Shown here: piece by piece, positions 1 through 15,400 of the stretch
How the letters are laid out: each line of letters starts with the position of its first letter
How positions within the stretch are numbered: the first letter of the stretch is position 1
DNA from: an uncultured Bacteroidales bacterium
Lineage (GTDB): Bacteria > Bacteroidota > Bacteroidia > Bacteroidales > CAYFUP01
NCBI GenBank assembly: GCA_964346235.1
Contig: CAYFUP010000004.1
Location: forward strand, 1 to 38,627
Direction: 5' to 3'
DNA: 38,627 nt
Translations under genes and position numbers: made by a program
The notes under the pieces: model-generated
Told to the model about the DNA's origin: nothing
Databases searched by the model: none
The model's input: only the letters and a program-made list of their open reading frames with translations

Positions 1-1
1 G

Positions 2-2601
<2,600 letters not shown>

Positions 2602-2641
2602 TATGATCTTTAGATGAATATGTAACCAAAATTTTCAAACA

Positions 2642-3799
2642 ATGAACCACCTCATATATCTTTTTATACCGGTATTCATTCTTCTGCATTCCTGCCAGAA
2701 TGAAAACAAACCTGCAGGAAATCAGGATCTTCAAGAAGAAGAATCCGGTGCCCCGGATAATTCCGGCCATGCAACATTGAAGCTCACGCATAAGCAAATC
2801 AGTGAAGCGGAGATTAAAACAGGCCGGATACAAAAAAGATTAATAAAAGAAACCATCGCCTGTAATGGACTTCTTGAATCAAAACCGGAAGGCTGCGCCA
2901 AAATTTCGCCCATGATAGGAGGAATCCTTAAAGAAATCAGGTTTCAAAAAGGTGACGAAGTGGAGAAAGGACAGACCATGGCTGTTTTGGTTCACCCGGA
3001 TTATATAACACTTCAGCAGGAATACCTGCAAACCAAATCAGAACGGAGCTATTATGAAAAAGCGTTTAAAAGACAGGGGGAACTAACCATAGAAAATGCC
3101 GCTTCCATCAAAACCATGCAGGAAGCCGAAAGGAATTACATGACCATGGATGCAAAACATAAGGCTTTGCATGCTCAATTAACCATGCTGGGCATTGATC
3201 CGGATCAAGTAAAACATGAAAACTTTATCTCATATATTGAATTAAAAGCCCCCATATCAGGTTATATTTCAGAGATTCAAGGTCATATCGGAGAATACCT
3301 CTCCATTGAACATGTCCTGGCTGAAATCATTGACAAATCCAAATTAAATGTCCGGCTCAATGTATATGAAAAAGACCTCGCAGAAATTAAAAAAGGGCAA
3401 TCCTTAGTTTTTAGCCCCCTGAATCATGAATCCAAAAAATTCCATGGGGAGATCATTTCGGGGGGACTGAAGGTTTATCCTGATGAAAAAAAAGCGCATG
3501 TGCTGGCTGAATTCTCAGGCACTGACTTTTCTTTAATGCCCGGCATATATATCGAAGCGGAAATTATCACCCAACAGGATTCTGCTTACTCCCTTCCGGA
3601 ATCTTGCATCATCGATAAAATTGACCGGCAATACATCTATGTAAAAAAGGATACTACCTTTTACCAAATTCCTGTTCAAACTGGTGCAGTCTATAACGGA
3701 CGGGTTCCAATAATCACTCCGGTAAAAGAACTGTTGGAAAAAAACATTGTAACTGAAGGCACCTATTATATCAATGCCGAAATGGAAGCCGCTGACTAA
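2642..3799 (+). CDS. RND efflux periplasmic adaptor subunit (CzcB/CusB-like) lipoprotein
   Basis: Lipobox LHSC. Lipoyl-like halves ISPMIGG…GDEVEKGQ and LKAPISGYI flank a helical hairpin; LNVYEKDL and LMPGIY motifs; lies downstream of the TolC gene. Confidence 0.92.
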   Translation: MNHLIYLFIPVFILLHSCQNENKPAGNQDLQEEESGAPDNSGHATLKLTHKQISEAEIKTGRIQKRLIKETIACNGLLESKPEGCAKISPMIGGILKEIRFQKGDEVEKGQTMAVLVHPDYITLQQEYLQTKSERSYYEKAFKRQGELTIENAASIKTMQEAERNYMTMDAKHKALHAQLTMLGIDPDQVKHENFISYIELKAPISGYISEIQGHIGEYLSIEHVLAEIIDKSKLNVRLNVYEKDLAEIKKGQSLVFSPLNHESKKFHGEIISGGLKVYPDEKKAHVLAEFSGTDFSLMPGIYIEAEIITQQDSAYSLPESCIIDKIDRQYIYVKKDTTFYQIPVQTGAVYNGRVPIITPVKELLEKNIVTEGTYYINAEMEAAD

Positions 3800-3905
3800 A
3801 AAACCATTAAGCCCATAAACAGGCAGACTACTAACCTTTAGATCGCACCCCCAGAGACTATAGCACCCAGATCACCCCCATGGCCAAATATCACACAAAT
3901 ACCCC
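3791..3905. repeat. Weak degenerate ~27-32 bp tandem repeat starting at the adaptor stop codon
   Basis: GACTA at 3794/3826/3856, AGATC at 3840/3869, ACCCC near 3847/3874/3901. Confidence 0.4.
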
Positions 3906-4138
3906 GTTTTACGGGTAAATCATCCGGTATATGCAACCAATAAGAAGCCCCTGGTCTCTGTCAATGAATTCATCATGAGGCCGAAGATAAATCAATACAT
4001 ACCTGTCCTGAAAATTCTTCATGAAAAACATATCTGAAAATTTTGCTGAACTTGTTTATATTTACATCATTAAAAAATAAATGGATGAATGAATCAGTTA
4101 GATAATAAGTAAAAACTGAATATAAATCAACATGGCAT

Positions 4139-5077
4139 ATGACATCTCAGGAAAATAATGAAAAGCGCGAATCGGAAAAACTAAAACAGTTAATTGAAAA
4201 GAACAACAACACCATCCGGATACTGGTGATTGTATTGATCTTATTGGTGATCGGAGGTGGTGTATTGGGTTATCTGTATTATTCCAAATCCCTGGAAGCG
4301 GAAAAAACACAAATTGAAAAACAGGAACTAATTAATCAATTCCAGAATTTATCGAGTGATTACGAGCAATTAAAGACGGAAAATGATACCATTAACCTTA
4401 AGCTTGTCAAGAGACAGGTAGAGATCCAGAAGCTTATCAATGAAATCAACCATATTAAAAGGACCAACGCCCAGATAATAAGCCGGTATAAAAGTGAATT
4501 AATCACCCTGCGGGATATCATGAAAAGCTACATCGTCCAGATTGATTCCCTCAACAGGAGAAACGAAATTTTAAGGGCTGAAAACCTGGAGGTTAAAACG
4601 AAATACGCCGCCACCATGCAGGAACTTGAAAAGGAAAAAGAAATCAAAGAAGACCTGTCGCAAAAAGTTGAAAAAGCCTCGGTACTGCAGGCAAAAAACA
4701 TATATGCCATCGGCGTAAACAGCAGAGGCAAAGAAAAAGACAATATTAACCGCATTGAAAAGCTCAGGGTATGTTTTACCTTAATGGAAAACCCGACCAC
4801 ATCTCCGGGAAAGAAAGAAATCTATACCAGAATTGTCAGGCCCGACAGTGTTTTGCTGGCGCTTTCATCTGAAAACCTTTTTCAATACCAGGATCAAATG
4901 ATCATATATTCTGCATCAAGGGTGGTGGAATATGAAAACAGGGATCTTGACGTTTGTATTTATTATGACAATACAGGTGATTTAATTGAAGGAACCTACA
5001 CGGTTAATTTGTATGCCGAAGGCCATAAAATTGGAGCGACCGCCATGACATTGAATCAGGGAATAGGCTTTTTCTAG
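4139..5077 (+). CDS. Membrane-anchored coiled-coil protein of unknown function
   Basis: One TM helix (ILVIVLILLVIGGGVLGYLYY), ~130 aa heptad-rich coiled coil and a beta-rich C-terminal domain. Confidence 0.85.
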   Translation: MTSQENNEKRESEKLKQLIEKNNNTIRILVIVLILLVIGGGVLGYLYYSKSLEAEKTQIEKQELINQFQNLSSDYEQLKTENDTINLKLVKRQVEIQKLINEINHIKRTNAQIISRYKSELITLRDIMKSYIVQIDSLNRRNEILRAENLEVKTKYAATMQELEKEKEIKEDLSQKVEKASVLQAKNIYAIGVNSRGKEKDNINRIEKLRVCFTLMENPTTSPGKKEIYTRIVRPDSVLLALSSENLFQYQDQMIIYSASRVVEYENRDLDVCIYYDNTGDLIEGTYTVNLYAEGHKIGATAMTLNQGIGFF

Positions 5078-5102
5078 TCAGCAAACATTAGATATATATT
5101 AT

Positions 5103-6386
5103 ATGAACATCGGGATAATCATTGGCCGAATCGGAGGTGTGGACGGGGTTGCCCTGGAAACGGAAAAATGGATCGGAGTCCTTGAAAAAATGGGGCACGA
5201 GATCTATGTGGTTTCCGGTGAGTTTGAGAACTGGAACAGGGATCCTGAAAAAAGCACCCTGGTGGTAGAAATGTCGTTTTTCTCTCCAGAAGGATACTGG
5301 GAACAAAAAAAGTCATTTCTCAAACCTGATCAGGACATTCATGACCTGCAATATCATATCAATCTGTATTCCAAGGTGATCTATGAACGCTTGTTGAATT
5401 GGGTAAAGGACAAAAAGATCGAGTTGCTGATCTCAGAAAATGCCTCTGCCCTGCCGTTGCATCTGATTATGGGACTTGCCATAAAGAAGCTGGTTCTCAA
5501 AACCGGTCTCCCTACCATCGCCCATGATCATGATTTTGCATGGGAAAGGGGTAACCGGTACATTTCGCCTTACCAGGTAATCAATGATATTATCAAGGAT
5601 GCATTCCCTTTAAGATTGCCCAATGTCATCCATGCTGTCATCAACACTCCGGCCCAACAAACCTTAAAAGACAGGTATAACCTTGATTCAATAATGGTGC
5701 CCAATGTCATGAACTTTGATATCCCCTATGGCATGAAAACCCAGGAGAACATGACCTTGCCGAAAGACATCGGCTGTCAGGATGATGACATCTTAATTTT
5801 CCAGGTCACGCGCATTGTGAAGCGAAAAGGCATTGAAACCGCTATAGAATTGATTGAAAAACTCCAGGATAAACGCATTAAACTAATTATCACAGGAGAT
5901 AATAAGGACGAGACGGATAAAAACTATTATGATGAGCTTGTTGACCTGGCTCATAAGCTACATGTTCCGGATCAGGTGATTTTTGCCTCGGAGATAATAA
6001 CAAACAAAGGTTATGACACAGCTTACCAGGTAAAATATTCTCTTTCCGATGCCTATGCCCATGCACAGGCAGCCACGTATTTCAGCTCCTATGAAGGATT
6101 TGGCAATGCTTTTGTGGAAGCGATCTTATCCAAAACCCCTATTTTTGTCAATAATTACAAACCGGTTTACTGGCCGGACATAGGCAGCAAAGGTTTTAAG
6201 ACAGTGATGCTTGAGAATAATGTCATTACCCAAAAAGCGGTGGATGATGCGAAAGAAATCTTATACAACCGCGCCCTGAATAAAGAAATCGCCGAGTTCA
6301 ATTTTGATCTGGGCAGGAAACACTTTTCCTATGATACCCTCCAAAATAAGCTGGAAGAAATCATTCAGAAAATCACCAGTAAATAA
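5103..6386 (+). CDS. Glycosyltransferase family 4, mannosylglucosylglycerate synthase (MggS)-like
   Basis: N-terminal DGVALETEKW, HDHDFAWERG, TRIVKRKGIE and the GT4 motif SSYEGFGNAFVEA. Confidence 0.85.
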   Translation: MNIGIIIGRIGGVDGVALETEKWIGVLEKMGHEIYVVSGEFENWNRDPEKSTLVVEMSFFSPEGYWEQKKSFLKPDQDIHDLQYHINLYSKVIYERLLNWVKDKKIELLISENASALPLHLIMGLAIKKLVLKTGLPTIAHDHDFAWERGNRYISPYQVINDIIKDAFPLRLPNVIHAVINTPAQQTLKDRYNLDSIMVPNVMNFDIPYGMKTQENMTLPKDIGCQDDDILIFQVTRIVKRKGIETAIELIEKLQDKRIKLIITGDNKDETDKNYYDELVDLAHKLHVPDQVIFASEIITNKGYDTAYQVKYSLSDAYAHAQAATYFSSYEGFGNAFVEAILSKTPIFVNNYKPVYWPDIGSKGFKTVMLENNVITQKAVDDAKEILYNRALNKEIAEFNFDLGRKHFSYDTLQNKLEEIIQKITSK

Positions 6387-6430
6387 TAAAAGACATAACG
6401 GTGGATGAGAAATTAAGTCTCTATTAACAG

Positions 6431-6460
6431 AAAGCCCCTGGCCATTCTCCAGGGGCTTTT
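6431..6460. terminator. Bidirectional intrinsic terminator between the convergent GT4 and giant protein genes
   Basis: AAAGCCCCTGG-ccattct-CCAGGGGCTTT(T): 11-bp perfect inverted repeat with A/T tails. Confidence 0.85.
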
Positions 6461-6485
6461 ATTGTATCAGGGCTATCAACAATCA

Positions 6486-9400
6486 TTATTCCATGACTAT
6501 CATTCTTCTTACATAGCTGCGGTCATCCGTTCGCAGTCGATAGAGATAGATGCCTTCTGTTACACGTTCTCCTTCTTCATCCATCCGGTTCCATTTGATG
6601 GTGTAATGACCGGGCACCATGCGTCTGTCTGCAAGGGTCTTGACCCTTTTACCCAATAAATCGATGATTTCAATCCTGACATTCCCTTCCCTGGCAATGG
6701 TGTAATTGATGAATGTTTCTTCAGCGAAAGGATTGGGATAGTTCTCACCGAGAAAAGCGGTCAGTCCACTTATCCCCGAAACGCCGGTCGAACCGGTACT
6801 GGCACGGATATTGACAACAGTAGTGGCAGATGGTTCAAAGGTGGTGGACGCATCTTCATTGACATAGGTAACAACGGCATCATCGATCCATTCCCCTGTA
6901 TTCGGGTCATACACCTTGAATGCCAGATTATTTCCTGTCCTGTAGCCATCTAAATCTTCAGTAAACGGATCATCTTTTGATGCCGTAAAGGTTAAATAGT
7001 CAAATGTCCTGTTATATACCCCGGCTCCCACGCACCTTTCACCATCAAATACCGCTACTTCAGTTCCTGTAACGGCTTCCTGACCGTCCACCAGAAGTTC
7101 ATTCACATATACATTCATATGATCGAGGCCATTGCCTGTCCATACTGTACTGAACCTGACCGGTGTCAAATCATTCTTTCGGATAATTCTGGTCGATTTA
7201 TAGAAAGCACTGTCAATACTGATCTGCGAAGGTATCTGAACCTTAATCTTATATCCTTTGCCGGGCTGCAGGTTACCGATGTGGTTAACCCATCCGATCG
7301 GACTCACGGACTCAATGGAAGCTCCGGTTTCATCCTGTACCTTAACCAATATATCATTGTTTATCAGGTATGACAAGATTAATTCGGCACTTTGCGGCGT
7401 ACTCACCGGATATCCCATGATGTTCCAGCCTTTTCTCAGGTTAATGTTGACCGGGAGATCAACAGGTTTCCCGGTCACTTCAAGTTCAGTATCGTTATCC
7501 ACCCGTACCTTGTACCCTTCAGTAGATTTATGGAGATCGATGCCGTTCAGCCACTGGCCCATGATATATTCATAAGAATAGCCGCTCTCATCCTGTACTT
7601 TAACCAATGATTCATTGATGCGCAGGGGCGCAAACAATGAATCCATCAGCCTGGTATATGGATGAAGGTTTATACTCATGATGTTCCAGCCTTCAGCAAG
7701 GGCAATGCTTTGTTTGGCTTGGTCCACCAATAGTTCGGCTTTGGCATATCCATTGTCTGTATAAACCGTATTGCTGCCGGGTTTGTAAAGGATAATGACG
7801 GCGTCATATTCCTTGCCTTCACTGGCATCCCACACTTTTGCCGTGATGCTGTTTCCTTCGATGAATCCCTCTAATTCTCCGGTGCCTGCATCATCCATGG
7901 AAGCCGTCATAAACAGCGGTCCTAAAATAAATCTCCTCTTTATGAGGGATGCTGCCACCATGTTCTCTCCATCAAACAAGGCAATTTCATCATTGGGCTC
8001 AAGCGACGCTCCGAAGGCAATGGCTTTAAGGATTTCGAATTCCATAGGATTGTTGGGTTCCCCGCTCCAGATGATGTCGGTGAAATGAACCGGTCCCGGT
8101 GTTGGCAACACACTCACACTGACGGTATCTCTTGAAATGGTGCCATTCACATTATCCGTGACTGTCAGTACAAATCCATAGCTGACATTGGCGTCCGCCG
8201 GTTTGAAATAAGGTTGCAATGTGGTATCATCCATAAGGGCAATGCCATCCAGGCTTTCCCAGGCAAAACTGAAATTATCGCCTCCATAAGCATCTTCCGA
8301 AAGGCTGCCATCGAGGTAAACCGTTTCGTCCTGGTAAACTTCCTGGTCAGTTACGGCAAAAGATACCGGATATACCGTTTCTTCAAAGATGTTGATTTTA
8401 TCAAGGGCCACACCTTCCCCTTCAAACTGGCCGTCGCTTCCAAAGTTAAACCTGAGTCTGACATTCGAAAGATCCGGTATTTCAATCAGGCTGTGATGAA
8501 CAGTCTTCCAGCCTCCAGTCATGCCACTGAAATAATCCTGCCTGTTTCCCTGGTTATCTGTAAATGATTCATTATACCAGTCGTCATCCCGCAGACTTCC
8601 CAAAGTATGCCATGACATGCCGTTATCAACGGAATACTGAAGCGTCAGGCCGTCGCTGGCATCCGGAATATCGGTCCACATATCAAAGCTTATGGCCGGA
8701 TTCTGAATAGAAGACAGATCGAGACATGGGCTCACCAACATGAAATTTGAATAAGGCGGATATAAGCCATAAATGCCGGTTACCCAGGCAAAATTGGTAT
8801 CTTCGTAAATGACTTCACCTTGCGGGGTACCATATTCCCAGGATGATTCAATGCCTCCCTGCGCTGTCCAGTATCCTTCCCCTTCTTCAAAATCCTCAGC
8901 ATACGGGAAGGTATTGATGACGGGACTATTATTGAAATATTCATAGTAGTAATCATTCATGGGATTCTCATCGGAAGGCAACGAAGTAAATACTGCTACA
9001 TCATAATATGTGTATGATGAGAAGTCATAATCCGCAGTAGTGGTATATTCCAGTGTAGCTCCAGGGGCAATGGGGCCTGCCACCGTCTCTGTAATGGTAT
9101 CGCTGTAATTGATGACGAATGTAATATCAAAACCAGACACTTCATTGAGTCCCTTATTGAATATGTCCACCACCATCGGCTCACTACCCAAATCACAATT
9201 GTTCATTTTTGAAGGACTAATCAATGCCACCGGCGCTACGTCATTTTCATAGGCACTTTCAAGGATGGTAAAGTCATCCATGGCAAAACCGTCTTCCCTG
9301 ACGCTTCCATCGCTGTTAAAGATAAACCTGAACTTAACGTTCGACTGGCCACCCAGCTCAGGCAGAACAGCATATTCATGCCGCCAGTAAGGTTCATAAG

Positions 9401-12400
9401 TGCCCGTCCAGCCGTTTTCATTATCATACCAGCCATAATTTTCTTCATAGAGCTCTCCATCGCCATTCAATTCTCCATCTCCAATGAATTCTCCACCACC
9501 ATCAAATTCTTCCATATTATTAACCATCTGCCATTGACCCCCGTTAACGGAATAAGCCAGTTTTACGCCATCGCAACATTCTTCTATATAATAAATCATT
9601 CCGAACTCAATAGCGGGTGAGATCAGACCGGTGAGGTCAAAGCACGGACTTTCAATGTATGAATGCTCATTATCATTATACGGACCGTTCGGGTTGGTTA
9701 CCCAGGCATTCATCCCTGAATAGGCATTACTAATATTCGGAGTATTCGGTGTGCCTAACTGCCAGGATGAATTTTCTCCGCCAGCTATCCAGCCATTTTC
9801 TCCTGATTCAAAGTCTTCCGAATAAATGCCGGTATCCGGGAAAACTATCAACGGTTTATTGAGAAAATGTTCAAAGATGGTATCGTTAAACCTTCTTTGG
9901 TCGTTTCCGTAACTGGTGTAAACCATCAATTCATAATATCCGGACAATGAAAAGTCTGCCAGTCCGGTAAATTCATAATCCAGTACTTCACCCGGCTGCA
10001 ACTCCTGTGCAATTGATTCTGTAACAGGACTGCCTCCACCGATCCGGTAAGAAACATCAAATCCGCTGGCAGCATTCAGTCCTTTGTTCTTAACAGACAT
10101 CATTACAGGTTCGGCGCTGGTCAGCCCGCAATTGTTTCTGGGATTCGGATGATGAACAGCCACCGGTGCCAGATCGTACGGTTTTGCCGATTCATAGATG
10201 CTGATATCATCAAAAGCAAAACCCTCAAAACCACTAAATTCATAATAATCCATTTCCATGGAAGTAAACACCATCCTGAACTTCACATGATGTTCACCGC
10301 TCAGGGTTTCCAGGCTGTGACGGGCCAGAACCCATCTCGGATGATTCCCAGTCCAGCCATCGGCAGGTTCTTCCATAGAATAGACAGATATGATGTCATT
10401 GTTATACCAATTCATTCCTTCCCCTTTTCTACCCAGATACTCCCATTCTCCGTTATCGACGGAATATTGAATGGCGGCACCTTCTACAAAATCTGGCAAG
10501 TCCCTGAATATCTTAAGCTCGATGACCGGCAGTACAAGGTCGCTTAAATCAAAGGCGGGGCCTTCCACAAAGGCCACCTCACCTTTATTGTATTCTCCGC
10601 TGAGGTTGGTTACCCAGGCGTTATCACCGGAAGATGCCGTATTGATTACCTGTCCGGAGGGCATCCCATGCTCCCACGAAGCATTTTTACCGTAAGTGTG
10701 CCAAAATGCTTTTCCGTTTTCGAAATCTTCCGAATAAGGATAATCCTGAATAACCGGTTTCCGGTAAACCATATAATCTTTAATGGTATCATTGTAACGG
10801 AGACTGTCATCAGGAGTATTTACCCAGACATTAAACCTGTAATCTCCGATGACTGACAGGTCAACCGGAATCTGATCCAGGAATACGGATTTAGTGCTTT
10901 GTGAAGGAATGCTGACGTTAAACTGCTGTATTCTCGGACTTGAGGTTTCGAGCTGATAACCAACGGAAAATGATTGAATGTCTTTTTCCCCTTCGTTGGC
11001 AATCCTGACTTCAAAAAATTCATTATTCGTGAGCATACTGCCTGACTGCGGTGAAAGGACAGAATGCAGCCTTAAATCATATTCAGGCAAGGTATAGATT
11101 TTGAAATCATCAAAACCAAATCCTTCCTCGGTATAGCCTCCATCACTCTCAAGCTTCAACCTGAACTTAACGATGGGTTCATTGGCCAGTTCTGGAGAGA
11201 TGCGCATGGAATTCTGCCATCCTCCACTGTTCCCGGTCCAGCCAAGATAATTTACAAACCAGTTCCTCGTGCTGAGTCCCATTTCATTTTCCGTACCCAG
11301 GCTTTGCCAGCTATACCCCCCGTCAACGGAATACTCTAACATCACGCCATCACAACATGATTCCATTTCATAAATGGTATGCAATTCAATGACCGGGGCA
11401 TTCATCAGTGAAAGATCAAAACAAGGGCTATATAAATATGAAAACTCATTGTCGTTATAATCCATGTTTAGTGCCGATACCCAGGCATTGGACCCCGATG
11501 ACGCTTCACTGATATAATCATTGGCCGGCTGACCATATTGCCATGAGGGATTGTCACCTTCTACATGCCAACCGCCTTGTCCGTTTTCAAAGTCCTCCAC
11601 AAACGGAGTGGCCGGTTCAACCAAATATACATCCTGGTTTTCAAACATATGTCTGAGGGTGTCATTCAGTTGCACAGAATCATTTTCCAGTGAAGTCCAG
11701 ACCTTAAGATGATAGGTGCCCACAGTGGAAATATCCATCACCGAACCAAATGAAAACTCGAAGAAATCACCCGGATTAACAAGACCCAGATAATATTCTG
11801 TCACCGGCGGATTGTTGTTTAACTGATAGCTGATGGGGATGCTGTCTATCAGATTGTCTCCGAAGTTTTTGATATCAACCGTTACATAACCTGTATCTAA
11901 TCCACAGTTGGTCAATGGCTCATAAATCTCAGTCACGCCCGCATCACTGGCTGATTTTTCATAAACCCTGAAGTTATCAAATGCAAATCCTTCATCATTA
12001 TTATGGTTTTCATAAGAAGCGAAAAGAATTCTGAACTTGACAAGCGAGTCTCCTGCCAGCTCACTAATGCCCCTCACGGCAGTCCGCCATGGGGCATTTC
12101 CTGTCCAGGCATCCGAACCGTCTGAATTATAATATATGGCGTCACTGAAATCATCATACCAGTTATCAATAGCGCCTGCATGATCCAGGTAATACCAGTT
12201 CATGCCATCATCCGGTGAATACTGGACGATTGCTCCATCATCATAATAGTTATTATCACTGAAAATATCGACAGACAATACCGGGGATGCCAGTGATGAA
12301 AGGTCGAAGCAGGGACTTTCCACGTATGCTACTTCATTATCGGCATAAGGTCCGTCCAGGTTGGTCACCCAGGCCCTGTTGCCGTCAGAAGCATTTTTAA

Positions 12401-15400
12401 TTTGATTTCCGTTGGGAACGCCAAGTTCCCATGATGTATAGAGTCCCTCAAACTTTGAGCTGGTCCAGTAACCCGGCCCGTCCTCGAAGCTTTCAACATA
12501 TGGATAAGTGTTGATGGTGGGTTTGTTCAATACCTGATATACCAGGGTATCATTATCCCTTATGCCATCCGACGGATGATCCGTCCACACTTTTATGGTG
12601 TGCATGCCATCGGCCGACAAGTCAGCATTGGTGCCGAACAGGTGATTATATTCCACATCCCGGAACACAGTCTCTGAAACCGTTTCAATCACAGGGGTGT
12701 TATTATCCACCTGGTAACCAACGTCAAATCCGGTAGCTGCATTTCGGCCCAGACTACTTACTCCCACCTCTATCAACTGATTGTCAGGATAATCACAGGA
12801 CTGTTTCGGCAAATATAAGGCGGTCAGGCTCACATCATAGGCAGGCTTATCATAAATGTAGAGATCATCAATGGCCGCGCCTTCTTTCTCAACCCCTCCG
12901 TCTGAATTAAATACGAAACGGAACCGAACATTGGGTTCCCCACTGAGGAAATCCAGGCTATGCAGCTTAGTCGCCCATCCTCCGGTATTTCCTGAGAATC
13001 CTTCGAAATTGTTATACCAGAAAGGATCGCTGTTATCTCCGGTTTTATACCAGTCCTCTCCATTATTCGTGGTGTACCAGAGGGAAAGATGATCACAGCA
13101 TTCTTCTGTTCTGGTCCACAGACTAAAGCGTATTTGCGGTGAGACTGCGTTGGTAAAGTCGAAGCACTGGCTCTCGATATAAGAATCCTCGTCCGTATTA
13201 TATTTTCCTGAGAGGTTGGTGGCCATGACATAACTGCCTTCAGCCGGTTGATTAATGACCAGTCCCCCGGGTATTCCCTGTTCCCATGAAGGCCTGTGCC
13301 CCCCTGTTGTCCAGAAATTGATGCCTTCAAAACCTTCTGAATACGGATTCAATGAATCAATGGCATAGGAAGGCTTGTTGGAAATGGGCATCATGATGAG
13401 GTTATCGGCAGGATTCAGGTCTCCTTCATAATCCACATGCACACCAAAATCATATTCCCTGAATATGGATAGATCGACCCTGTTGCTGAAGGTGTAATCT
13501 ATCATTTCTCCCGGATACAGGGTATCACTGATGAACTCAGATGCAGTGACGGTATTAAAACTATCTCTGGAGAAGGCCAGGGTAATGTCAGTGGCCGGAT
13601 TTTTACCTTTATTCACCAGTCCTACAACAACTTCTTCCGATGATGATAAACCGCATCCTGGCACAGGATTTAATATTCCGGTCAGGGAAATATCATCATC
13701 CAGCGCGCCTTCATATATCTGAAAATCATCAAAAGTAAATCCCTGCTGATTAACACTGTTGTCACTCTGCAGTTTAAACCTGAATTTAACACTGCTTTCA
13801 CCGCCGAGGAAAGTGACAGGTTTTCTTATATTGATAACACCGTAAGAATTTCCTGACCACCCGTACTCGTTCCGGTAGCCTTGTTTTTCATCCGTATTCC
13901 CCTCGAAGTGCAATGGATGCCATGAGTTACCCCCATCACCGGAATATTGCAGCTCAACTCCGTCGCAGCATTCCTCCAGAATATAATCCATATTAAAATC
14001 TATCACCGGCACGACAATGGACGACAGGTTAAAACACGGACTCTCGACAAATGAATATTCTTCATCATTATAATAGCCGGTCAGGTTCGTTGACCATGAA
14101 TAACTGCCATTGATGGCCCCATGATTGGGAGTACCAAGCATCCAGGAATTATTCTGACCATATGAGCTCCACGACTGATCCCCTTCAAAATCTTCAAAGT
14201 ATGGCTGGGCATCCGTCACCAGTACGCTTTCAGTGTTGTACAATTCATGGTATAAATGATTGTTATCCGGATGGGCATCTTCCGGATGATAAACCTCCAG
14301 GTATATTTCATGGAAGCCCAGGGTTGAAATATCAGCCGGCTGACTAAAATCATAAATCGTGTTGGTATATGGAGCAAGGGTATCGGTAAAGACTTCAGTC
14401 ACAGATGCATTTGAATCGATCTGATAAGTGATTTCAAAACCGGCTATCGGCTCATTGCCGTTGTTCTCAATTTCCACCGATATGACTTCGCTGCTTGTCA
14501 GTCCGCAACCCGCATCCGGAGAAATCAGCGAGATCAGTCCCACATCGTATGGGAATTCATCATTATACCAATCATAAATGACAGTATTGCTATCCATAAT
14601 GGTGTACATTCTGTTTTCCCCTCCCGGGAACTCAGCCGTATTCCATTCACCGTTTATCCGGTATTTATATTCGATATAGGACCCTCTTGAAAGCTCGATG
14701 GTCGCTGAGTAGATGGAGTCCCCGTCAGGATCTTCCAGCATAATGGGATCGCTGCCCCAATTGGTGAATGTGCCGGCTAAATCGACAAAATCGCTACCCG
14801 GATCAAAACTGCCTGTTTGAGCCTGGTAGCTCATGTTTACTTCAAAAGTCACTTCAGCAGGTGGCATGCCTGTCAGGTTAAGGTCACCAATCATGGTCAG
14901 ATCTTCCCAGTTTGAATTTGGATTGCTCCAGTTCATGGTAGCTTCCCTGGATGTCCCGTCATCATTATCATTCACCGAGACATCAAATCCCAGGGTGGTT
15001 CCGTTCATGACCGGTACATCGACTTCATTCAGCGAATACCAGGGCAGGCGTATCTCAAAAGTATAACCGTCAGCGCGGTTTGTCTGCGCGAATTCCACAC
15101 CATCCCAGTTCACATTATGGCCGGTTAATTCATTCAGATCCCAGATGAAACGGTACTGCTTATTGTCAAACTCATCGGGAACTGCACCATATTTATTGTT
15201 AAACAAGTCAAAGAAAAGTTCTACATTGTCATTTTCCCATGGAGACTCATAGCCCGCACCGAGATTGTGTTTGGCTTCATCGTAGATATCCACCAGGATA
15301 ACCAAGTGCTCATTATTCCACAGGGCTTTCCAGTAACCGGATAAATCGAGTGAATCCATGACCGCTCCGGCTTCAACCTTTGATATCATGTTGGCCGGAA

